From Sphingopyxis sp. (lineage in GTDB: Bacteria > Pseudomonadota > Alphaproteobacteria > Sphingomonadales > Sphingomonadaceae): a stretch of DNA of 64,000 nt. Location: positions 147,804 to 211,803 of the forward strand of contig NZ_CBDIIL010000002.1 of assembly GCF_965279725.1 (NCBI RefSeq). Reading direction: 5' to 3'. The translations under genes and the position numbers were made by a program. The notes under the pieces were generated by a model that worked only from the letters and a program-made list of their open reading frames with translations, ran no database searches and was not told the origin of the DNA. Positions 1-8,616 of the stretch are shown in pieces. Within the stretch, counting starts at the first letter, position 1. The number at the start of each line of letters is the position of its first letter.

Positions 1-458
1 AACTTTGTGCGGCCATAGGGATTGGTCGCAGAGGTGGGATGGCTCTCGTCGAGTGGCAGATATTGCGGCTGGCCATAGACCGTCGCGCTTGATGAGAAGA
101 CCAGCGTCTTGGCCCCGCAGTCGGCCATCGCTTCGATCAGCGACAAGGTACCGCGGACATTGTTGTCATAATATTTGATCGGCTCGGCGACCGATTCGCC
201 GACGGCTTTCAAACCGGCAAAATGAACGACCGCCTCGACGCCGTGATCAGCGATGGCTTGGCGAACCGCGCCGCCGTCGCGGATGTCGCCGACAACGAGC
301 GGGATGACGGTACCGGTGATCGCTTCGAGCCGGTCGATCACGTCGGCGTCGCTATTCGCGAGATTGTCGAAACAGACAACTTCGTGTCCCGAGGAAACCA
401 ACGCGGCCGCTACGTGGCTGCCGATATACCCCGTGCCGCCGGTCAAAAGTATCTTCAT
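1..458 (-). CDS. galE: UDP-glucose 4-epimerase (5' part only; gene runs off the window edge)
   Basis: Minus-strand translation MKILLTGGTGYIGSH...HFAGLKAVGESV...YYDNNV...FSSSATVYG...NPYGRTK gives the GxxGxxG and YxxxK motifs typical of GalE. Not in the ORF track. An alternative in-frame ATG lies at 476. Confidence 0.93.
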   Translation of the reverse strand, partial: MKILLTGGTGYIGSHVAAALVSSGHEVVCFDNLANSDADVIDRLEAITGTVIPLVVGDIRDGGAVRQAIADHGVEAVVHFAGLKAVGESVAEPIKYYDNNVRGTLSLIEAMADCGAKTLVFSSSATVYGQPQYLPLDESHPTSATNPYGRTK

Positions 459-493
459 CGATCGTCCCGCCTCCATGCGGATATTTGCTGCGT

Positions 494-1510
494 TTATGGG
501 TTGCCGACCGGGCGCGTTGTCCATTCGTCGCGATACCATGTCACGAAAGCCGGGATACCCAAAGACATCGGCGTTGATGGCGCAAAGCCCAGATCTCGGC
601 TGATATCGTCAATGTCGGCAAAAGTCTGATAAACGTCGCCGTCCTGCATGGGCAACAAATTGATTGGGGCTTTGCGACCGCATGCGTCTTCGATCGCGTG
701 GATCAGGTCGGTCAGCTGCTCCGGTTTATTGTTACCGATGTTGTACAGTCGGTGCGGGGTCGTGAAGCCCCCCGGCTTCTCGACGCCATCGTCCCGCGGC
801 GGGTTGTCGAGCGCAAGCACAACGCCGTTGACGATATCATCGATGAAGGTGAAATCGCGGAGCATGTCGCCGTGATTGTAAACGTCGATCGGTCGACCCT
901 GCAAAACCGCTTCGGTAAACCTCCATACCGCCATGTCGGGGCGGCCCCACGGGCCATATACGGTAAAGAAGCGCAGGCCGGTCTGCGGCAGGCGAAAAAG
1001 ATGGGCGTAGGTTTCGCTCATCAACTCGTCGGCGCGCTTCGTCGCAGCATAAAGCGAAATCGGCGTATCGGCGCGATCGGCCACGCGAAACGGTGTATCC
1101 GACCGCATGCCATATACGGACGATGATGAGGCATAGACGAGATGCGCGATCGCTCTATGGCGCGCGAGCTCCAAAATATTCACATGCCCCGCGACGTTGG
1201 AATGGATGTAGGCGGCAGGATTTTCGAGCGAATAGCGCACCCCGGGCTGCGCACCAAGATGGACGATCCGATCGATTTCCACGTTGGACAACGCTTGCGA
1301 GAGGGCGCTTGCGTCGCCGAAATCGACATTCAGAAAAGTGAATTGCTCACCACCGATTTCCCGAAGCCGTGTGACGCGCGCGCGTTTGAGATCGAGCGAA
1401 TAATAGGGTGTGAAATTGTCGATGCCGACGACGCGCTCGCCGCGTCCCAGTAACGTCGCCGCCACATGCATTCCGATAAAGCCAGCAGCGCCGGTGATGA
1501 GTGTCGTCAA
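494..1510 (-). CDS. NAD-dependent epimerase, UDP-glucuronate 4-epimerase-like
   Basis: LITGAAGFIG, HLGAQPGVRYSLENP, YAATKRADE, RFFTVYGPWGRPDMA. Start set at TTG 1510; the ORF track extends to 1657. Confidence 0.88.
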   Translation of the reverse strand: MTTLITGAAGFIGMHVAATLLGRGERVVGIDNFTPYYSLDLKRARVTRLREIGGEQFTFLNVDFGDASALSQALSNVEIDRIVHLGAQPGVRYSLENPAAYIHSNVAGHVNILELARHRAIAHLVYASSSSVYGMRSDTPFRVADRADTPISLYAATKRADELMSETYAHLFRLPQTGLRFFTVYGPWGRPDMAVWRFTEAVLQGRPIDVYNHGDMLRDFTFIDDIVNGVVLALDNPPRDDGVEKPGGFTTPHRLYNIGNNKPEQLTDLIHAIEDACGRKAPINLLPMQDGDVYQTFADIDDISRDLGFAPSTPMSLGIPAFVTWYRDEWTTRPVGNP

Positions 1511-1733
1511 ATTCCGTCCCCGTTTCGAATCCCGACCGGCGCGTTGTTCCCGCACGAGTGTCGCCATCGCGGTTACGATTGAGCAGCCGCTGCAGCCTTT
1601 ATCAAGGTAAGCGGTAAATTCACGGGTAACAGCAGCAAGATTATTGACGGAGTCCAACCGCAGGTCATGAGCGCCCGCTGCGACCGATGTGGGCGCCGCC
1701 GCTTGGCGCGGCCGTCGTTAAGGATTGGAAATA

Positions 1734-1809
1734 TGGTGAGCCCTGCTGGGTTCGAACCAGCGACCTACTGATTAAAAGTCAGTTGCTCTACCGACTGAGC
1801 TAAGGGCCC
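1734..1809 (-). tRNA. tRNA-Lys (anticodon UUU)
   Basis: Reverse complement GGGCCCTTAGCTCAGTCGGTAGAGCAACTGACTTTTAATCAGTAGGTCGCTGGTTCGAACCCAGCAGGGCTCACCA: 76 nt, cloverleaf, encoded CCA. Confidence 0.97.
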
Positions 1810-1849
1810 ATCGCGGCGCTGCAAAGGCAGCGTGCGAAAGTGAGCCGTC

Positions 1850-1878
1850 GCCCTAGTGCGCCGCTGCGCCCCGGTCAA
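1850..1878 (-). promoter_or_regulatory. Putative sigma70 promoter of tRNA-Lys inside the folK 3' end
   Basis: TTGACC-N17-TAGGGC on the minus strand, about 40 nt upstream of the tRNA. The -10 box overlaps the folK TAG stop. Confidence 0.45.
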
Positions 1879-2374
1879 CCGGCTTTGGACGTGCAAGCCG
1901 TGCTGCGAGTTGCCGAATGCTGCGACCGTGGAGCGGGTGCTGCCATTCGGGGACGATTGCGCGCAGCGGGCCGAGGACAAAGGCGCGTTGTTCTATCGCC
2001 CGATGCGGGATGGTCAGCGTGCCGTCGGACCAGATGCCGCCCGACCACAGCAGAATATCGAGGTCGAGCGTTCGCGCGCTCCAGCGCTGGCCAGTACGGC
2101 GTCCGAAGCTCGCTTCAATGGCCTGCAGACGGTCAAGCATTTCGGGCGGGCGCAGCATCGAGGCGACGAGCGCGACGGCGTTCGCATACCGCCGACGCGA
2201 GGGGCCGAGCGGATCGCTGGCGATGATCGGGCTGGCATCGACCGCTTCGATATCGTCGCTTTCGAGCGCCGCGAGCGCCGCAAGCAACACGGCGCGCGGA
2301 TCACCAAAGCGCGCATGGCGCCGGTTCGACCCGAGGCCGATGGCGTAAAGGGGGATCGGCATTGCGCTGGTCAT
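1853..2374 (-). CDS. folK: 2-amino-4-hydroxy-6-hydroxymethyldihydropteridine diphosphokinase
   Basis: YAIGLGSN, YANAVA, RWSARTLDLDILLW, LTIPH...RAFVLGPL. Start set at ATG 2374. Confidence 0.93.
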   Translation of the reverse strand: MTSAMPIPLYAIGLGSNRRHARFGDPRAVLLAALAALESDDIEAVDASPIIASDPLGPSRRRYANAVALVASMLRPPEMLDRLQAIEASFGRRTGQRWSARTLDLDILLWSGGIWSDGTLTIPHRAIEQRAFVLGPLRAIVPEWQHPLHGRSIRQLAARLARPKPVDRGAAAH

Positions 2375-2397
2375 GACCCCGCGCCTATCCCAGCTGT

Positions 2398-3087
2398 GTG
2401 GAAATTGTAAGTCCATTGCCCGGCACGGAGCCTTCGCCCGATTGCCCACGCTGCCCGCGGCTCGTGGCGTTTCGCGCCGCGTGCCGTGCCGAATATCCTG
2501 ATTGGTGGAACGCGCCGGTCCATGCGTTTGGCGATCCGGGCGCGTGGCTGGCTTTGGTGGGACTCGCCCCCGGCAAGCATGGCGCCAATCGCACCGGGCG
2601 TCCCTTCACCGGCGACTATGCTGGCGATCTGCTGTTCGCGACGCTCGCCGAATTCGGTCTGAGCGAGGGGCAGTACGATCGCCGGAGCGGCGACGGGCTG
2701 AGGCTCGACGGCGCGATCATTCTCAACAGCGTCAAATGCCTGCCGCCGCAGAACAAGCCGACGTCGCAGGAGATTGCTGCCTGCCGCACCTTCTTCGAGC
2801 AGCAGCTTGCAGCGCTGCGCGGTGTTCGCGTGATCATCGCGCTGGGCCGGATCGCGCATGATGCCGTGCTGCGTTCGGCAAATGAACGGCTGGCGATGCA
2901 CCCGTTCACGCACGGCGCGGTTCACGCGCTGGCTGACGGACGCCAACTGATCGATAGCTATCATTGCTCGCGTTACAACACGAACACCGGGCGTCTGACA
3001 CCGCAGATGTTCGGCAATGTGTTTCGTACAGCGCTGGCGCTGCGCGATCAGACCAGCGGACCAAATTCCTCGACCAGCCCACGGTAG
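2398..3087 (+). CDS. Uracil-DNA glycosylase, family 5 (UdgB-like, Fe-S)
   Basis: CPRCPRL Cys cluster, GLAPGKHGANRTGRPFTGD, KCLPPQNKP, SYHCSRYNTNTG. Confidence 0.9.
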   Translation: MEIVSPLPGTEPSPDCPRCPRLVAFRAACRAEYPDWWNAPVHAFGDPGAWLALVGLAPGKHGANRTGRPFTGDYAGDLLFATLAEFGLSEGQYDRRSGDGLRLDGAIILNSVKCLPPQNKPTSQEIAACRTFFEQQLAALRGVRVIIALGRIAHDAVLRSANERLAMHPFTHGAVHALADGRQLIDSYHCSRYNTNTGRLTPQMFGNVFRTALALRDQTSGPNSSTSPR

Positions 3088-3524
3088 AGGACCCGCTTGA
3101 ACGGCACGATCAACTTTTCGATCTCGTTCAGTTCGGCCCATTTCCAGGCCCGAAACTCCTGATGCTTAGTCGCGATGTTCACATCGCTGTCGTCGCCCAT
3201 GAAGCGCATCAGGAACCAGTGCTGGCGCTGGCCGCGATATTTGCCGCCCCACATTTTGCCGACCAGAGCGTCCGGCAAGTCATAGAAATATTCCTCGCGG
3301 CTGCGCGCAATGATTTCGACTAACCCGCCATGGATGCCGGTTTCCTCGCCCAACTCGCGGATCGCCGCCATTTCAGCATCTTCGCCGGGGTCGATTCCAC
3401 CTTGCGGCATCTGCCACGCCTCGCTCGACGTATCGAGTCGCTGACCGACGAATATCCGCCCATCGCGATTGGCGAGCATCACCCCGGCGCAGGGGCGATA
3501 AGGGAGGGTGGCAGGGTCGATCAT
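3048..3524 (-). CDS. rppH: RNA pyrophosphohydrolase (Nudix)
   Basis: YRPCAGVML, WQMPQGGID...AAIRELGEETG Nudix box, KYRGQRQHWF. Confidence 0.93.
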   Translation of the reverse strand: MIDPATLPYRPCAGVMLANRDGRIFVGQRLDTSSEAWQMPQGGIDPGEDAEMAAIRELGEETGIHGGLVEIIARSREEYFYDLPDALVGKMWGGKYRGQRQHWFLMRFMGDDSDVNIATKHQEFRAWKWAELNEIEKLIVPFKRVLYRGLVEEFGPLV

Positions 3525-4468
3525 GCGGTCCCGCTAGCTTCAGCGACGATCGCTTTCAAGACCGTCAACGCGCCGCGGATATCGTCCTTCGCGCTTGGGA
3601 TACCTTGCGCCAGGTTGATATAACCATGGATGCTGCCCGTCGCTTCGCGGTAGCTTGTCGGCACTCCCGCTTCGATCAGCTTGGCAGCATAGGCGCGGCC
3701 TTGATCGCGTAGCGGGTCGAGGCCCGCGGTGATCAGCAGCGTCGGGGGAAGACCTTCTGCCGGGAAAGCGAGCGGCGCGGCGCGATAATCCGCCGGGTCG
3801 GCCGCATAATGATTGCCGAACCAGGTCATGCTGCCGGTGGTCAGCAGATGGCCTTCGCCGAAGTCGCGATAGCTTTGCCAATCGTCATGCGTCGTGACGG
3901 CGGGGTAGATCGGGTGCATCGCGATCACCGGCTTTGACGCAGGCTGATCGCGCAGGGTCAGCGCGGTTGCGATGGTCAGGTTGCCGCCGGCGCTTTCGCC
4001 CGACAGCACCAGTCCGGTGCAGGGGAAATGATCCGCGACCCAGCGCGTCGCCGCCTCGCAATCGATCGGTGCGGCGGGGAAGGGGTGTTCGGGAGCAAGG
4101 CGATAATCAACCGCAATGACCGGCATGTCGAGCAAGCGCGCGGCTTCAGCGCAAAAGGCGTCGTGCGTGTCGAGGTCGCCGATCACCCAGCCGCCGCCGT
4201 GATAAAACACCATCACCGGCCCCGGCTCGCGGTCCGGACGATTGTCATAGATACGGATCGCGATGTCGCCTGCTGGCCCCGGGATTGTCCGATCCTCGAC
4301 CTTGGCGATCTCGCCGCGAGGGACGTCGGCCATCTGGCCCATCATCCGGAACATCTCGCGCGCCGCCTCTGCGGGCAACTCCTCCATCTTCGGGCCTTCC
4401 TGCGCGTTCAGTAACGCGAGGAACGCCGCCACGTCGGGGCGCGTATAATGGGTGGTGCCGTCGGTCAT
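3521..4468 (-). CDS. Alpha/beta hydrolase (HSL-family esterase/lipase)
   Basis: HGGGW oxyanion motif, GESAGG nucleophile elbow, DPLRD, HGY. Confidence 0.9.
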   Translation of the reverse strand: MTDGTTHYTRPDVAAFLALLNAQEGPKMEELPAEAAREMFRMMGQMADVPRGEIAKVEDRTIPGPAGDIAIRIYDNRPDREPGPVMVFYHGGGWVIGDLDTHDAFCAEAARLLDMPVIAVDYRLAPEHPFPAAPIDCEAATRWVADHFPCTGLVLSGESAGGNLTIATALTLRDQPASKPVIAMHPIYPAVTTHDDWQSYRDFGEGHLLTTGSMTWFGNHYAADPADYRAAPLAFPAEGLPPTLLITAGLDPLRDQGRAYAAKLIEAGVPTSYREATGSIHGYINLAQGIPSAKDDIRGALTVLKAIVAEASGTA

Positions 4469-4667
4469 CCTGCTCGTCCCCTCTTAACCGCTTGTGCGGC
4501 ATCTTGTTCGCGCAGCTATTCGGCATCGCGGAGGATAATTCAATGGCAATTGGCAACCGATTCGAGCGTTTGAAGTTTGCGGCGCACAATTTTTTCTGAA
4601 TTGCGGCTTGCGATAGAGCGGCCTAGGCCCTTGTCACAGGTTCGCAAAAATTGAGGCAGAAGATAAA

Positions 4668-6530
4668 ATGGCGACAGCGGTAGTGGACGAAACCGACAAA
4701 CGGCCGTCCCCCCTTTCGGATGCAGTGGTAGTCAGGTTTGCAGGCGACAGCGGCGACGGGATGCAGTTGACCGGTGGTCAGTTCACGCTGTCTTCGGCGC
4801 TGGCGGGCAATGATTTCGCCACCTTCCCCGATTTTCCTGCCGAAATCCGCGCTCCGCAGGGTACATTATTCGGAGTCTCGGCATTCCAGATCAATTTCGG
4901 ATCGTCGGCGATCGAAACCGCGGGCGATGCCCCGGACGTGCTGGTCGCGATGAACCCGGCGGCACTAAAGACAAATGTCCCGTCGCTGAAGCAGGGCGGC
5001 CTGATCATCGCTGACGAGGGCGAGTTCAACGACCGCAACCTCGCCAAGGCGAAATATGACGCTAATCCGCTCGACGACGGCAGCCTGGCCAAATGGCAGT
5101 TGCTGAAACTCAACATCAGCCAGCTGACGATGGATGCGGTGAAGCCGTTCGGCCTTGGCAACAAGGAAGCGCTGCGCTGCAAGAATATGTGGACGCTGGG
5201 GCTTGCGCTCTGGATGTTCGATCGGGACCGTGCGCCGCTGGTCGATTGGCTAAACGCGAAGTTCGCCAAGTCGCCGGATCTCGCCGCCGCCAATATCGCC
5301 GCGCTCAATGCTGGCCATGCTTATGGCGAAACCGCCGAACTGGCCGGGCCGCTCAAGCAGCATCATGTCGATCCGGCGCCTGCCGCGCCCGGCCTCTACC
5401 GTACGCTGACCGGCGCCGAGGGCATCGCGCTCGGGTTGGTCGCGGGGGCGCAGCTTGCCAAGCTGCCGATGTTTTTCGGCGGTTATCCGATCACGCCCGC
5501 GTCGGCGATTCTGCACCATTTGTCGCGGCTCAAAGAATATGACGTCACGACCTTTCAGGCCGAGGACGAAATTGCCGCGATCTGTTCGGCGATCGGCGCC
5601 AGCTATGGCGGTTCGCTCGGCGTCACTTCCTCGTCCGGCCCCGGCATCGCGCTGAAGGGCGAGGCGATGGGCCTCGCGATCATGACCGAACTGCCGCTCG
5701 TCATCGTCAATTCGCAGCGCGGCGGTCCATCGACCGGCCTGCCGACCAAAACCGAGCAGTCGGATCTGTATCAGGCGGTTTACGGCCGCAACGGCGACGC
5801 GCCGATGCCGGTGATCTCGGCACGCTCGCCCGGCGACGCATTTGATTGCGCAATCGAGGCGGTCCGCATCGCGGTGCAATATATGACCCCGGTGATCCTG
5901 CTGACCGACGGCTATATCGCCAATGCGGCCGAGCCGTGGGCGGTGCCTGACCTGACGACTTACGAGGCGTTCCCGGTCGAATTCCTGACCGAAGTGCCCG
6001 AAGGCGGGTTCAAGCCTTATGGCCGCGATGAAAATCTCAAGCGTCCGTGGGTCAAGCCGGGCACGCCTGGCTTGCTCCACCGCATCGGCGGGATCGAGAA
6101 GGAACTCGACACCGGCCACATCAATTATGAGGCGTCGAACCATCAGGCGATGACCGACATCCGCAAGGCGAAGATCGATGGCATCAAGGTTCCCGATCAG
6201 ATCGTCGAACTCGGCGCCGAGAGCGGCAAGCTCGCGGTCGTCGGGTGGGGCTCGACCTTTGGCCCGATCCATCAGGCAGTGCGCCGCAAGCGCGCTGAGG
6301 GTCTCGACGTCAGCCATATCCACATCCGCCACATCTGGCCGCTGCCCGCCAATCTGGGCGAGCTGCTCAAAAGCTATGACAAGGTCATCGTTCCCGAAAT
6401 GAACACCGGCCAATTGAAGACCGTGCTGCGCGACCAGTATCTGGTCGATGCCAAGCCGGTGAATAAGGTGTCAGGACAGCCTTTCACGATTGCAGAGATC
6501 GAAGCCGCCATCGAGGAGGCACTAGCATGA
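4668..6530 (+). CDS. korA: 2-oxoacid:ferredoxin oxidoreductase subunit alpha (gamma-alpha fusion)
   Basis: RFAGDSGDGMQLTG, GYPITPAS, QAEDEIAA, QRGGPSTGLPT, PEMNTGQL. Confidence 0.92.
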   Translation: MATAVVDETDKRPSPLSDAVVVRFAGDSGDGMQLTGGQFTLSSALAGNDFATFPDFPAEIRAPQGTLFGVSAFQINFGSSAIETAGDAPDVLVAMNPAALKTNVPSLKQGGLIIADEGEFNDRNLAKAKYDANPLDDGSLAKWQLLKLNISQLTMDAVKPFGLGNKEALRCKNMWTLGLALWMFDRDRAPLVDWLNAKFAKSPDLAAANIAALNAGHAYGETAELAGPLKQHHVDPAPAAPGLYRTLTGAEGIALGLVAGAQLAKLPMFFGGYPITPASAILHHLSRLKEYDVTTFQAEDEIAAICSAIGASYGGSLGVTSSSGPGIALKGEAMGLAIMTELPLVIVNSQRGGPSTGLPTKTEQSDLYQAVYGRNGDAPMPVISARSPGDAFDCAIEAVRIAVQYMTPVILLTDGYIANAAEPWAVPDLTTYEAFPVEFLTEVPEGGFKPYGRDENLKRPWVKPGTPGLLHRIGGIEKELDTGHINYEASNHQAMTDIRKAKIDGIKVPDQIVELGAESGKLAVVGWGSTFGPIHQAVRRKRAEGLDVSHIHIRHIWPLPANLGELLKSYDKVIVPEMNTGQLKTVLRDQYLVDAKPVNKVSGQPFTIAEIEAAIEEALA

Positions 6531-7564
6531 ACGAGATGACGACGATCGCCCGCACCACGACGCTCAAGGATTGGGAAACCGACCAGGAAGTGCGCTGGTG
6601 CCCCGGGTGCGGCGACTATGCGATACTGAAGGCGGTGCAGCGCACGATGCCCGAAATCGGCACCGCGCCCGAAAACACCGTGTTTATCAGCGGCATCGGC
6701 TGCTCGTCGCGCTTTCCCTATTATATGGAAACCTATGGCTTCCATACGATCCACGGGCGCGCGCCCGCATTCGCGACGGGGCTGAAGCTCGCCAATCCGA
6801 ACCTCGACGTGTGGATCGTCACCGGCGATGGTGACGGGCTGTCGATTGGCGGCAATCATACGATGCACCTGATCCGCCGCAATCTCGATTGCCAGATCAT
6901 GCTGTTCAACAACGAGATTTACGGCCTGACCAAGGGGCAATATTCGCCGACGAGCCGGGTTGGGACGACCAGCCCGTCGACACCCTATGGGTCGGTCGAT
7001 CGTCCGGCGCAGCCTGCCGCGTTTGCGCTCGGTGCGGGGTCTCGCTTCGTGGCGCGCGGATTCGACATATCGAAGAAACTGCCGGAAGTGTTGAAGGCCG
7101 CTCATGCGCACAAGGGTGCGGCCTTTATCGAAATTTTCCAGAACTGTATCGTCTATAACAAGGACGTGTTCGAGGATTTTGCTGCGCCGAAGGGCGCCGA
7201 GGATCGCCAACTATGGCTCGAGAATGGCGAGCCCATGCTGTTCGCAAAAGGCACCAAGGGGATCGCGCTCGACGCCGAGGCGCTGCACCTTAAAACCGTC
7301 GATGTCGTCGATGGCGACTGGCAGGCCGCGGGGGTGATCGTCCATGACGTCACCAACCGCAGCGTCGCGCATATGCTCGTCGAAATGCCGTTTGGCGAGT
7401 TCCCCATGGCTCTGGGCGTCCTATACGACGATCCGCGTCCAACCTTTGAGGCCGACGTTTGGCGTCAGAATGCAGCGGCGCGCGAAGGCAAGACCGCGGA
7501 CCTGCAAAGCCTGTTGAAAAAAGGGCAGACCTGGACGGTGACCGAAGGCGGCCCCGAGCTGTAG
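6527..7564 (+). CDS. korB: 2-oxoacid:ferredoxin oxidoreductase subunit beta
   Basis: WCPGCGD, SGIGCSSR, HGRAPA, GDGD TPP motif, NNEIYGLTKGQ. ATGA overlap with korA. Confidence 0.92.
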   Translation: MNEMTTIARTTTLKDWETDQEVRWCPGCGDYAILKAVQRTMPEIGTAPENTVFISGIGCSSRFPYYMETYGFHTIHGRAPAFATGLKLANPNLDVWIVTGDGDGLSIGGNHTMHLIRRNLDCQIMLFNNEIYGLTKGQYSPTSRVGTTSPSTPYGSVDRPAQPAAFALGAGSRFVARGFDISKKLPEVLKAAHAHKGAAFIEIFQNCIVYNKDVFEDFAAPKGAEDRQLWLENGEPMLFAKGTKGIALDAEALHLKTVDVVDGDWQAAGVIVHDVTNRSVAHMLVEMPFGEFPMALGVLYDDPRPTFEADVWRQNAAAREGKTADLQSLLKKGQTWTVTEGGPEL

Positions 7565-7656
7565 TCGCGGCGAGGGTTCGGTGGCCATGGCGTGAAACCG
7601 TGAACCGGTCCGCATAACGCGTTGCAAAGGCACCGGATCCGCGCCACCAAGCTGCA

Positions 7657-8616
7657 ATGGACAATCTAACGCACAGCCTTGTCGGCGCGGTACTCGGCCA
7701 AATGGGGCTCAAGAAGAAGACCGGGCTGGCAATCCCGACGCTGATTCTGGCGGCAAACGTGCCCGACATCGATGCTGCGTGTCTGGCCTGGCTCGACGGC
7801 ATTCAGCACCTGGGCTTTCGCCGCGGAATTACGCATGGCCCGATCGCGCTGATTGTCCTGCCTATTCTGCTCTGGGCGGCGATGCTGGCGTTCGATCGCT
7901 GGCAGGATCGGCGCGGCAAAAGGCCGGCGGGGCGCTTACCGATCGACAAGGGTTGGCTGCTGGCGCTGGCGTACATCGGCTGCCTCAGCCATCCGGCGCT
8001 CGACTGGCTCAACAATTATGGCATCCGCCTGCTCGAACCGTTCAGCCATCGCTGGTTTTACGGCGACACGCTGTTCATCATCGATTTGTGGATATGGATT
8101 GCGTTGGGCCTGTCGGTGTGGATTTCGCTGCGCCGCGAGCGGGGCGGGGCGGCGAACTGGCAGCGACCGGCGTGGATCGGTTTCACAGCGGTTTGCGCTT
8201 ATATTTTTGCCAATGGCTTGATCACGGGCGCTGCTGAACGGACGACCGCTAGCGCGCTGGCGGCGAGCGGACACCTCGACGCGCTGGTCGTCGCCAGCCC
8301 GCCGCCGTTGGCGTTTTGGCAACGCGATATCTTCTGGCGCACCACCGAGCGCTATGGGAGCGGCAGTTTCACGCCCGGTATGGGCGGGACGCTGGATATT
8401 AGCGGATTAACTACGGGTATGGACGATCCGCGTCTCAAGACATGGTTGATGGGCGATCCCGATGCCCGCGCGTTCCTGTTCTGGTCGCGAATGCCGGTGG
8501 GGCAGGCCGACGGCGATGCGATCCTGCTGCGCGACCAGCGTTTCATGCATCCGCTGTCGCAGGACCGGTTCCAGGTCCGGTTGACCGCGCCCGACACCGC
8601 AACCCACGAAGAATGA
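7657..8616 (+). CDS. Metal-dependent inner-membrane hydrolase (YdjM-like)
   Basis: MDNLTHSL, ANVPDID, HRGITHG-like RRGITHG, SHPALDWLNNYG, several TM segments. Confidence 0.8.
   Translation: MDNLTHSLVGAVLGQMGLKKKTGLAIPTLILAANVPDIDAACLAWLDGIQHLGFRRGITHGPIALIVLPILLWAAMLAFDRWQDRRGKRPAGRLPIDKGWLLALAYIGCLSHPALDWLNNYGIRLLEPFSHRWFYGDTLFIIDLWIWIALGLSVWISLRRERGGAANWQRPAWIGFTAVCAYIFANGLITGAAERTTASALAASGHLDALVVASPPPLAFWQRDIFWRTTERYGSGSFTPGMGGTLDISGLTTGMDDPRLKTWLMGDPDARAFLFWSRMPVGQADGDAILLRDQRFMHPLSQDRFQVRLTAPDTATHEE

Noticed and set aside
3980-4010. GESAGG instead of GDSAGG in the esterase
   Set aside because: Both are common HSL-family variants; not unusual.
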